From an uncultured Gemmatimonadaceae bacterium (GTDB lineage: Bacteria; Gemmatimonadota; Gemmatimonadetes; Gemmatimonadales; GWC2-71-9): a stretch of DNA of 64,000 nt. Below, piece after piece: positions 56,625-64,000 of this stretch (the stretch's first letter is position 1; every line of letters starts with the position of its first letter). Location of the stretch: assembly GCA_964487785.1 (NCBI GenBank), contig CAZASU010000003.1, positions 353 through 64,352 of the forward strand, given 5' to 3'. The notes below the pieces were generated by a model. That model did no database searches and had not been told where the DNA came from. It saw only the letters and a program-made list of their open reading frames with translations. A program made the translations under genes and the position numbers.

Positions 56625-57431
56625 CTACCGGCTGAGCAGCCCAGCGTCGATCACGAACGGAGATCCGGTGACATACCGGGCGCGGTCCGATGCCAGATAG
56701 AGCACCGCGTGGGCCACATCCTCCGGCTCGATCCAGGGCACCGGCAGCAGGTTACCCGCCGACCGTTCCGCGATCTCTTGGGGAGTGAGCCCCTCGAGGG
56801 CCGCCAGGCCATCGTTCATCGGGGTGTTGACTCCGGTAGGATGGATCGAGTTCACCCGGATTCCGTACTGGGCCAGCTCGATGGCCCAGGACTTAGTGAG
56901 ACCGGTCAGCCCCCACTTCGAGGCCGCATAGTGACTCAGCCGCCCCATGCCTCGGAGTCCGGCGACCGATGAGTTATTGATGATGACCCCTGCCCGCTGC
57001 CGGATCATCAGGGGAATCACCCGCCGCGCCACCAGCCAGGCACCCTTCAGGTTGATGTCGAGCATGGCGTCCCAGGCGTCCTCGGTCAGCTCGTGGGCCA
57101 GGCCATACCCGCAGATACCCGCGTTGTTGAAGAGGATGTCGATCCGGCCAAACCGCTCCACCGTGGCGGCGACCGCGCTGGTAACCGCCCCATCGTCCCG
57201 CACGTCGCCCACAAACGTCAGGCACTCGGTTCCGAGCTCGCTGCAGGTGGCAGCCAGGGACGCCAGCTCATCGCTCGACCCCATCTCGTAGCCGGGATAG
57301 CTGAGCGGCCGGGCTACGTCGAAGGCCGCGATCCTGGCTCCCTCCCGGGCGAGCGCCAGGGCGGTGGCCCTGCCCTGCCCGTGGGCAGCCCCGGTAATGA
57401 ACGCGACCTTGCCGGCAAACTCGCCCTTCAT
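56625..57431 (-). CDS. SDR family oxidoreductase (carveol-dehydrogenase-like subgroup)
   Basis: 268-aa ORF. TGAAHGQGRA cofactor motif, NNAG, and YAASKWG catalytic YxxxK. Confidence 0.85.
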   Translation of the reverse strand: MKGEFAGKVAFITGAAHGQGRATALALAREGARIAAFDVARPLSYPGYEMGSSDELASLAATCSELGTECLTFVGDVRDDGAVTSAVAATVERFGRIDILFNNAGICGYGLAHELTEDAWDAMLDINLKGAWLVARRVIPLMIRQRAGVIINNSSVAGLRGMGRLSHYAASKWGLTGLTKSWAIELAQYGIRVNSIHPTGVNTPMNDGLAALEGLTPQEIAERSAGNLLPVPWIEPEDVAHAVLYLASDRARYVTGSPFVIDAGLLSR

Positions 57432-57985
57432 CCCTGCCTGCTTGCCGAGGCGGCCTCTCGCACTCCCTTCCGGTAGGGCTGGAGGTACTCGTCCAGGTCG
57501 ACATCGAGCGCGTTGTTGAACACGTTGGTGGCCACCATGAGCGCGCCGAAGGCGGTCAACGCGACCAGCTGGGCGGGCTGAAAATGTGCCGCCAGCCGCT
57601 GGTACACCTCCTCCGGCACCTGAAAGGGCGACGCGGCTAATGCCCGTCCGAACTCCACCACCGCCGTTTCCCGCTCATCGAGCTTCAGGCGTTCAGGGTT
57701 CTCACCGGTCTGGATCAGCATGCGCCGGAAGAAAGTGGAGCAGATGAGGCAGTCGGTTTCGGCCGAAATGGCGTGGGCGAACAATGTGGTGAGCCGCTCC
57801 CCCAGAAACGGCTGCACCGTATCGCGGAGGGGGTACCACTCCATCAGCGCACGAAACGCTGGCAGCGAGTGGAGCAGCGTCCGCTTCATGTTGGTCATGC
57901 GGGCGTGACCGCGCACGTGAGCGTCCGCCGCGGCCCGGGTATCGGCCGGCGCGGTGTCGGTGTCCAGGGGCGGAATACGGGGCAT
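57428..57985 (-). CDS. carboxymuconolactone decarboxylase (AhpD-like) family protein
   Basis: 185-aa ORF. ...FAHAISAETDCLICSTFF... (CxxC-like AhpD core). The stop overlaps the SDR start. Confidence 0.65.
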   Translation of the reverse strand: MPRIPPLDTDTAPADTRAAADAHVRGHARMTNMKRTLLHSLPAFRALMEWYPLRDTVQPFLGERLTTLFAHAISAETDCLICSTFFRRMLIQTGENPERLKLDERETAVVEFGRALAASPFQVPEEVYQRLAAHFQPAQLVALTAFGALMVATNVFNNALDVDLDEYLQPYRKGVREAASASRQG

Positions 57986-58044
57986 GCGGGATGGCTCCGT
58001 GCTTAGGGGCGATCCGGCAATCTAGAGCGGGAAAGCCTTGTGTG

Positions 58045-58464
58045 TCAGAGGACGCGCCGGGATGCCACGTGGCGGGCCAGGTACCCCTTGCCGCGCGGGG
58101 TCGACAGGTCGTCGTATACCACCCCGCCGGCCCCTGCACTCGAATGAATGATGCGGTTGTTGCCGGCGTAGATAGCGACATGGTCCACCCCCCGCCCCTT
58201 GCTGGAGAACAGCATCAGGTCGCCCGGGCTCGGCCGGCAGTTGCCTGCTGGCGGGAAGTGCGGGGCAGGGTGACGCCGTGCCGCCCAAACACGTACTGCA
58301 CGAATCCGGAGCAATCAAAGCCGACACCCGGCTTGGCGCCTCCATAGCCCCAAGGTAGCTCGCACGGCGGGACGGCCAAGCCTGGGAAGAGAGAGATTGA
58401 CCTGCGCAGGCAGCACGCTCGGAAGCCCCGCCAGGAGCGGCAGAGTACAAGCGATGAGCTTCAT
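58045..58464 (-). pseudogene. NlpC/P60 cell-wall peptidase, split over three frames (two frameshifts)
   Basis: Frame 1 from ATG 58464: signal peptide MKLIACTLPLLAGLPSVLPAQ. Frame 2: LPWGYGGAKPGVGFDCSGFVQYVFGRHGVTLPRTSRQQ (catalytic Cys), ending at TGA 58215-58217. Frame 3 (ORF 58045..58314): PGDLMLFSSKGRGVDHVAIYAGNNRIIHSS (catalytic His). Confidence 0.8.
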
Positions 58465-58478
58465 GGTGACCTCACTCA

Positions 58479-61412
58479 CTAAATGACCGGGGCACCCAAT
58501 GCAGGCGGTATGCCAAGATGCTCCAGAACCAGACCCGCCTCCGTGATAAACAGATGACCCTGAGCGCGGTTGCCCCCCCGTTGCTCGGCGTGGGTGAGCA
58601 CCAGTCGGGCCTTGGCTCGGGTCATTCCCACGTAGAGAAGGCGACGGGCCTCCTGGATTTCGTCGTCCTGGTCCTCCTGGATAGCCCGCCAACCGGGGAG
58701 GACCTGGTTCTCGACCCCCACGATGTACACCCGGGAGAATTCCAGACCCTTGGTCGAGTGGAGCGTCAGCAGATTCACACGGTTGGGATCGGTCTCAGCC
58801 CCTTCGCTGCTCGAGAGCGCCACCCGGCACAACATATCGTCGATGTGCTCCGCGAGAGTGTCTCCGGCACTCGCCTGTATCAGCATACGGAGGCGCTCAA
58901 CGGAATCCGGATAACGCTCGTTCACCGGCCGATCCGCACGCAGGCGCTCCATCAGGGCGCGTCCACCCAGCCGCTCGATAACCTCCTCGAGGCCGAGCGC
59001 TCCCTCGGCCCCGCCGGCCAACTCGGCCGCATAAATGTCGAGGCAGTCGCTGTAGCGGCCGAGGGTGAAGGGTCGGGTTATTTCGCGGAAGAGAGCCTCT
59101 TCCTTGGACGGCGACGACTGCTGATCGAGCGCCAGGGCCAGGCCCAGCTGATCCAGGAGATGGACCAGGGCGATGGTGCGGGCGCGACGTAGCCTCAGCT
59201 CGTTGAGCTTGGGCACCACGGCGGCAAGCATGAGCGCATCGTCAAGCGCGTGGTGCGCTCTCCCAATCTCGACATTGTACCTCTGGGCGAGAAACGAGAG
59301 CTTGACGCTGCCATCGACCACGGCGCGAGCAAGTGGGAGAGTGTCGTAGAAAACCAGCTCATCGAACCCCTCGAGGCCACCGCAGGCGCGCCGCAGCACC
59401 GGAACATCGAATTCCTGCCCATTGTGGGCGACGACGAGGTCGGCTCCCACGAATTCGCGGAAGCGCTGCCACACTTCAGACATCGGAGGCGCTCCGATCA
59501 GGTCCCGATCGGTGTAGCCATGCACATCCGTGGCCTGCGCGGAGATGCTGCGCGCGCACGCCACCAAGGTATGGAACCGATCCACCACGACGTTGTCCCG
59601 AACCCGTACAGCCGCAATCTCGACGATCTGGGACGATTCGAAATCGAAGTCGCTGGTCTCGATGTCGAAGGCGACGAAATCGTCGAAATCGGCCTTCAGG
59701 TTGCGGGTATGAACCAGTTGAAGCGCCTTGAAGAGCCGGAGTGGCAATCCACCGTCCAGGCTTTGCCCAGCCCGTAGAACCACATCATCAGCCGCGGGCA
59801 TCTCATGCGGCATGAGCCGGTGGACCTTGGTTATCCCGGCCCCTCGGAGCATGGCGATCAGAGGGATCTCGACCCCGCCGCTCGGCTCGACCCAGACCCG
59901 GCCTCCGGAGACGACGCAGTGCGCCAAGCGTTTCGCCAGGGCGGCAGCGCCGGGATAGAGCGACGGCTCTCTCAGGTCGTGATGGTACTCCTCCAGGGGA
60001 TTGCGGCCGGCGCCGATGGGCCGCGCGAGCAGCTCATCCACCAGGCCGGATAGTGATTGGTGAGACCGGCCCATCCCCCTCAGGTTCTCCAGGTGGTAGA
60101 TCAAACGCCACACGCGCCTGCGGTCGGCGTCTCCCTTGGGACGCTGACTGGCAAAGGCCCGGAGGTTTCCAAGGAAGTCCTTCTCCCTGGATGAAGCCTT
60201 TCGAACTTCCTGACGCAGGGCGGGGTTGAGGGCAAGCTCGGCCAGCGCTCCGACCAGAATTGGGTCGTCGGGTGATCGGATGACCCGCAAGGATGCGATG
60301 ACCCAGCCGACCACCTTGTCGTCGACCAGGGCCTGGCCCCGCGCCATCCGGCACGGAATTCCCGCGCAAATCAGCCGCTTCTCCAGGTCTCGCCCCATCG
60401 AGCGGTACCGGTAGAGTACGGCATAGTCGCCCCAGCCCATCTGTGCCATGGCGCGATCGCTCAGAATGTCCCGGATGAGCCAATCGGCCTCGGCCTCCTC
60501 GTTGTCGAAGCCACACGCCACCACGTCGAACGGCGATTTCAGGGTGCTGTCAATCTGCTTTTCGAAGAGCACCGGATTACAGGCGATCAGGCGCCGGGCA
60601 GACTCCAGAATCTGGACCGAGCATCTCCGGTTTTCATCGAGGACGATCGGCTCCCGCAGGGTGAAGTCCTCGCGGAACCGGCCCATGATGCCCGGGTCGG
60701 CTCCAGTCCAGGAGAAAATGGATTGCTCGTCGTCTCCCACGCCGAAGAGGCACCGATGCCCGTCGGCCAACCGGCGGACGATGCCATACTGAGTCGGGCT
60801 CAGATCCTGGAACTCATCTACCAGCACATAGTCCCAGCGGGAGCGCAGCTCGGCGGCCGCGCTCTCATCGGTACGGAGAAGGTGCTCCGTCAAGGTGATG
60901 AGGTCGTCGAAGTCCACAAGGTTTCGAGATCGCAGGGCTTCCTGGTACTGGCCAAAGAACGCCATGCCGCGGTCGCTTAATGTCTTGCTCCGCAGCCGGT
61001 GGAGACTGAATTGGGCCAGCGCCTGGGAGACTCGCCTGGCGGGAATCCGGAGCCGTCGAAGCACCTGCTCCTGGTACTCGCGGTCCGCCACCCCGAAGCC
61101 TGGACGGAGGCCACAGCGTTCGGCGAAGTCCCGGAGAATCATGAGGCAGATCGCGTGTAGTGTGCCGCGAGTGACATCCGCCGCGGTGATCCCGCGGGTT
61201 TCGTGCAACCGGGTGGCAATCTCTTCCGCGGCCTTGTTGGTAAAGGTCACCGCGAGGATCCGCCGTGGGGCGATGCCCAGCGTCCCGATCAAGTGCTGGA
61301 TGCGATGGATCAGGCAGTACGTTTTTCCGGCTCCGGGTCCGGCGATGACGAGCGCAGCGCCGAGCGGGGCCTCGATGGCCTGTCGTTGTTGCCGGGTAGG
61401 CTCGTAGCTCAT
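58479..61412 (-). CDS. UvrD/PcrA-family SF1 helicase with embedded DnaQ-like DEDDh 3'-5' exonuclease domain
   Basis: Within ORF 58479..61577. ATG 61412 overlaps the upstream stop (ATGA). Helicase motifs GPGAGKT, AVTFTNKAA, VLVDEFQD, GDDEQSIF, LHSTKGLEF and YVGMTRAK. Between them: FVAFDIETSD, VAHNGQEFDVPVL and HHALDDA. Confidence 0.85.
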   Translation of the reverse strand: MSYEPTRQQRQAIEAPLGAALVIAGPGAGKTYCLIHRIQHLIGTLGIAPRRILAVTFTNKAAEEIATRLHETRGITAADVTRGTLHAICLMILRDFAERCGLRPGFGVADREYQEQVLRRLRIPARRVSQALAQFSLHRLRSKTLSDRGMAFFGQYQEALRSRNLVDFDDLITLTEHLLRTDESAAAELRSRWDYVLVDEFQDLSPTQYGIVRRLADGHRCLFGVGDDEQSIFSWTGADPGIMGRFREDFTLREPIVLDENRRCSVQILESARRLIACNPVLFEKQIDSTLKSPFDVVACGFDNEEAEADWLIRDILSDRAMAQMGWGDYAVLYRYRSMGRDLEKRLICAGIPCRMARGQALVDDKVVGWVIASLRVIRSPDDPILVGALAELALNPALRQEVRKASSREKDFLGNLRAFASQRPKGDADRRRVWRLIYHLENLRGMGRSHQSLSGLVDELLARPIGAGRNPLEEYHHDLREPSLYPGAAALAKRLAHCVVSGGRVWVEPSGGVEIPLIAMLRGAGITKVHRLMPHEMPAADDVVLRAGQSLDGGLPLRLFKALQLVHTRNLKADFDDFVAFDIETSDFDFESSQIVEIAAVRVRDNVVVDRFHTLVACARSISAQATDVHGYTDRDLIGAPPMSEVWQRFREFVGADLVVAHNGQEFDVPVLRRACGGLEGFDELVFYDTLPLARAVVDGSVKLSFLAQRYNVEIGRAHHALDDALMLAAVVPKLNELRLRRARTIALVHLLDQLGLALALDQQSSPSKEEALFREITRPFTLGRYSDCLDIYAAELAGGAEGALGLEEVIERLGGRALMERLRADRPVNERYPDSVERLRMLIQASAGDTLAEHIDDMLCRVALSSSEGAETDPNRVNLLTLHSTKGLEFSRVYIVGVENQVLPGWRAIQEDQDDEIQEARRLLYVGMTRAKARLVLTHAEQRGGNRAQGHLFITEAGLVLEHLGIPPALGAPVI

Positions 61413-62089
61413 CGGTGAGCCTGGCCCAGGATTTGGGATCGCACCCACTGCACGATCGAGTCGGCCAGCTCGTCGAGTACCGCGGCCGCTGTGCGGCCGG
61501 AGCTCTTGAGGACGCCGAAGGAGTGGTCGGCTCCCTCCACCGGGTGCAGCGTGGCCCGACTCCCCAATCGTTGACACACTCCGGTCATCAGCTCGGGCTG
61601 GGCAAACTGGTCACGGGTGCCCTGAAGGAAGAGCATGGGCAGCTCTACCCGGACGAGGTGATCGGCGCGACGGGTGCCGGGGCGGCCCGGCGGGTGGAGC
61701 GGAAAACCCAGGAAGACCAATCCTCGCACTCCGGGCAGCGAGCTCGCAGCCGCACCGGATGTCATGCGGCCGCCGAACGACTTGCCGCCGGCGATCAGCG
61801 GAAGGCCGGGCGCCACCTTCGCGGCCCAGGTCACCGCCGCGCGCACGGTTGCTTCGGCCACGGCTGGAGAATCCGGACGGCGGCCACCGGCTTCCATATA
61901 GGGGAACTGGTATCGCATGGTAGCCACGCCGCGGGTGGCGAGCGTCGCCGAGATGGACGTGAGGAATCCGTGCCGCATGCCGGCGCCGGCGCCGTGGGCA
62001 AGGACATAGAGGAGCCAGGCATCAGGTGGACGCTCGAGGAGGGCGGAGACCAAACCGAGGTCACCTAAATCCAGGTTGAGCTCTGTCAT
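61409..62089 (-). CDS. alpha/beta hydrolase of the COG3571 (KANL3/Tex30-like, dienelactone-hydrolase-related) type
   Basis: 226-aa ORF. VLAHGAGAGM, GGKSFGGRM (nucleophile elbow), LFLQGTRD and GADHSF. Confidence 0.7.
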   Translation of the reverse strand: MTELNLDLGDLGLVSALLERPPDAWLLYVLAHGAGAGMRHGFLTSISATLATRGVATMRYQFPYMEAGGRRPDSPAVAEATVRAAVTWAAKVAPGLPLIAGGKSFGGRMTSGAAASSLPGVRGLVFLGFPLHPPGRPGTRRADHLVRVELPMLFLQGTRDQFAQPELMTGVCQRLGSRATLHPVEGADHSFGVLKSSGRTAAAVLDELADSIVQWVRSQILGQAHR

Positions 62090-62126
62090 TCCGAGGATCC
62101 CTGAACGAGGTGAAGGTCCGAGGAAT

Positions 62127-64000
62127 CTACTCCCCTCGCTGAGTCAACCGCTCCAGCACGCCGCCCAGGTCCGGTGTGGTGGTCAGTACCTCCCGCAGCG
62201 GGTCGCGCTTCAGCTTCCTCATACGGGCCACCGCGTTCTGGATAGTGTAGCTCCGGATATCCAGCTTCGAGTTTACCTCGCTCCAGCGAATCGGCATGGA
62301 TACCGGAGCGCCGGGCAACGGCCGCACGCTGAACGGGGCCACCAGTAGCCGCCCGGCCCCAATCTGCAGGTAGTCGATATACACCTTCCCCCCTCGGCGG
62401 GAGACCTGTCGGGCGAGGGTCGTGATGTCAGGCAGCTCCGCCACGATCACCCGGGCGAGGAGCTCACCCAGACTACGCGCCTCGTTGTAGCGGCACTGGC
62501 CGCCAAGGGGGATCAGTACGTGGAGGCCGGACGAGCCGCTGGTCTTCACGAAGTTGGGCAACCCGATCTCCTCGCACAGCGCGTGGGTGGTCTGGGCAAC
62601 CCGGATTACATCGCTGAACGGCGCGTCCTTGGGATCCAGATCCAGCACACACCAGTCGGGACGGTCGATGCTCGATGTTCTGCTGGCCCACACATGGAGG
62701 GGGATGGTACCGAGGTTGGCCAGGTAGAGCAGGCCGGCTTCGTCATCGCAGACGAAGTAGTCGATCTCTCGCTCGGCCTGCTCACTCCACATCCGCTCGG
62801 TCCGGATCCAGTCGGGCACGAATCCGGGCGCGTCCTTTTGGAAGAATGACTTTCCGTTCACTCCATCGGGATATCGGGTGAGAACCACGGGCCGGTCGGC
62901 CAGGTAGGGCAGAATCCAGGGGCCTACGGCCCGGTAGTACTCGATCAGGTCGCCCTTGGTGTAGCCCTCGTCCGGCCAGAAAATCTTGTTCACGTTCGTG
63001 AACTCGGTGCGGGGCAGCGGGGCAGCGGGGCGGCTCGGCGGTACCCTCTGCTGCCCTCCCTTATGGGAAGGCTTCCTCGGTGAGCGGGCCCTGAGCGAAG
63101 CCGAAGGGCTCAGGGTGACACGTTCCTCCGGACCTGCTAAGTCTGCCCGGCCGCCCCGCTGCCCCGCCGCCCCGCTGCCGACGCACTCCTCCGGCTGCTT
63201 GTCGTCCCGAAACCGCAGGAACACCGGCTGCCGCAGAAGCCCCTCCTCGGTCCACTCGGTGAACTCCACCTCACACACCAGCCGCGGCTCCGTCCAGGTG
63301 GTCCCCTTCTCCTTTGGAACCGGCCCGCCGCAGGGTGGGTCAGCGCGCCGTATCTCGTCGAGCGTGGCCCGCACCTCGGCGAGCTGGACTCCGGTGAAAC
63401 CGCTCCCTGCCCTGCCGGAATAGATGAGGTCGCCCTCCACGTACTGGGCCAGATGCAGGGCCCCGAAGCCGGCGCGCGCACCTTTGGGGGCCGAGAACCC
63501 CACCACCACGAAATCATCAGCGCGGCGGGTCCTGACCTTGATCCAGGAGGACGATCGGCCCGCTCGATAGGGGGAGTCGGCACGCTTGGCCACTATTCCC
63601 TCGAGCCCCAGCTTCCGAACCTGCTGATAGAGGACCTCGCCCTCGCCCTCGAAGTGATCCAAAAAACGGATGAGGCCCGTCGGCGGCAGCAGCCTTCGCA
63701 GGAGCTCCTTCCTTGTCACCAGCGGCAACGGCCGCAAGTCGAAGTCTTCGGCGGCCAGAAGATCGAAAGCGAAGAAAGTGACCGGGTTCTCCACCGCCGC
63801 CCGGCGGATATCGAGTGCCCGTGTGAGCTTTGCCCGCTGCTGCAGCCGCTGAAAGCTGGGACGTCCAGACTCATCGAGCGCCACTACCTCGCCGTCCAGC
63901 AGCAACCGGCTCAAAGGCAGCGCGTCCACCGCGCGACTCACCTCGGGAAAAGAGGACGCCAGGTCGTTCCCATTGCGGGAGAAGAGGCGGGGTGGGGCGC
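62127..64000 (-). CDS. ligD: ATP-dependent DNA ligase LigD (ligase then polymerase/primase domains); 5' end outside window
   Basis: ORF 62127..63941, and the frame stays open to base 64000 (...LFSRNGNDLASSFPEV). Ligase/OB part: EGIVAKRADSPYRAGRSSSWIKVR...LRQPVFLRFRDDK. Pol domain: FTNVNKIFWPDEGYTKGDLIEYYR...SGSSGLHVLIPL. Confidence 0.9.
   Translation of the reverse strand, partial: APPRLFSRNGNDLASSFPEVSRAVDALPLSRLLLDGEVVALDESGRPSFQRLQQRAKLTRALDIRRAAVENPVTFFAFDLLAAEDFDLRPLPLVTRKELLRRLLPPTGLIRFLDHFEGEGEVLYQQVRKLGLEGIVAKRADSPYRAGRSSSWIKVRTRRADDFVVVGFSAPKGARAGFGALHLAQYVEGDLIYSGRAGSGFTGVQLAEVRATLDEIRRADPPCGGPVPKEKGTTWTEPRLVCEVEFTEWTEEGLLRQPVFLRFRDDKQPEECVGSGAAGQRGGRADLAGPEERVTLSPSASLRARSPRKPSHKGGQQRVPPSRPAAPLPRTEFTNVNKIFWPDEGYTKGDLIEYYRAVGPWILPYLADRPVVLTRYPDGVNGKSFFQKDAPGFVPDWIRTERMWSEQAEREIDYFVCDDEAGLLYLANLGTIPLHVWASRTSSIDRPDWCVLDLDPKDAPFSDVIRVAQTTHALCEEIGLPNFVKTSGSSGLHVLIPLGGQCRYNEARSLGELLARVIVAELPDITTLARQVSRRGGKVYIDYLQIGAGRLLVAPFSVRPLPGAPVSMPIRWSEVNSKLDIRSYTIQNAVARMRKLKRDPLREVLTTTPDLGGVLERLTQRGE
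63009..63179. repeat. composite palindromic element (GCGGGGCA octamer arms plus hairpin core) inside the ligD reading frame
   Basis: Left arm gcggggcagcggggcagcggggcgg. Right arm ccgccccgctgccccgccgccccgctgcc. Core ccctgagcgaagccgaagggctcaggg. 171 nt, translated as GSGAAGQRGG...RPAAPLPR between the Lig and Pol domains. Confidence 0.8.

Noticed and set aside
1-64000. rRNA, tRNA, tmRNA, transposase, integrase, phage or toxin-antitoxin genes
   Set aside because: Scanning intergenic regions and ORF translations showed no T-loop/GTTCGAATC-type tRNA signatures, no DDE or tyrosine-recombinase motifs and no phage structural genes. Small RNAs cannot be excluded without a covariance-model scan.

Overview
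GC-rich (roughly two-thirds G+C by eye) bacterial chromosomal window with about 60 protein-coding genes. I found no rRNA, tRNA, CRISPR array, transposase, integrase or phage gene. The gene content (CarboxypepD_reg-type TonB receptor, SusC/SusD-like pair, many lipoproteins, LigD) suggests a soil bacterium of Gemmatimonadota or Acidobacteriota type; this is inference only. Main blocks: (1) 2653..15118, a ten-gene, translationally coupled minus-strand operon. It runs TonB receptor, CrtI-like FAD oxidoreductase, cupin, Rieske oxygenase, MSOX-like oxidase, APC permease, DUF485/ActP, arginase-fold enzyme (frameshifted) and M20 peptidase, and a paralogous Rieske gene converges on its end. (2) 15424..23665, a SusC/SusD-like pair with secreted S9 peptidase and amidohydrolase genes. 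(3) 23.7..44 kb, envelope and housekeeping genes: OmpA-like, PBP1A, SLT, Nfo, EF-P-like, Cls, PBP4 and lipoproteins. (4) 44371..46414, a Ddl-like ATP-grasp gene coupled to a four-zinc-ribbon HExxH metallopeptidase. (5) 47.5..58 kb: AlaX, a sigma-70 factor, Csp, a lone dynamin-like GTPase, S21 and SDR/AhpD-like genes. (6) 58479..64000, a LigD / alpha-beta hydrolase / UvrD-helicase operon, where the helicase carries an embedded DEDDh exonuclease. Features beyond plain gene calls: a family of composite palindromic elements (inverted arms of tandem octamers, some with a GC hairpin core) sits at gene 3' ends, and one 171-nt copy is translated in frame inside the LigD interdomain linker. Three genes are visibly disrupted (arginase-fold, msrB, NlpC/P60), and a fourth ORF looks like a 5'-truncated fragment. 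All family assignments come from reading motifs in the supplied translations; no database search was possible.
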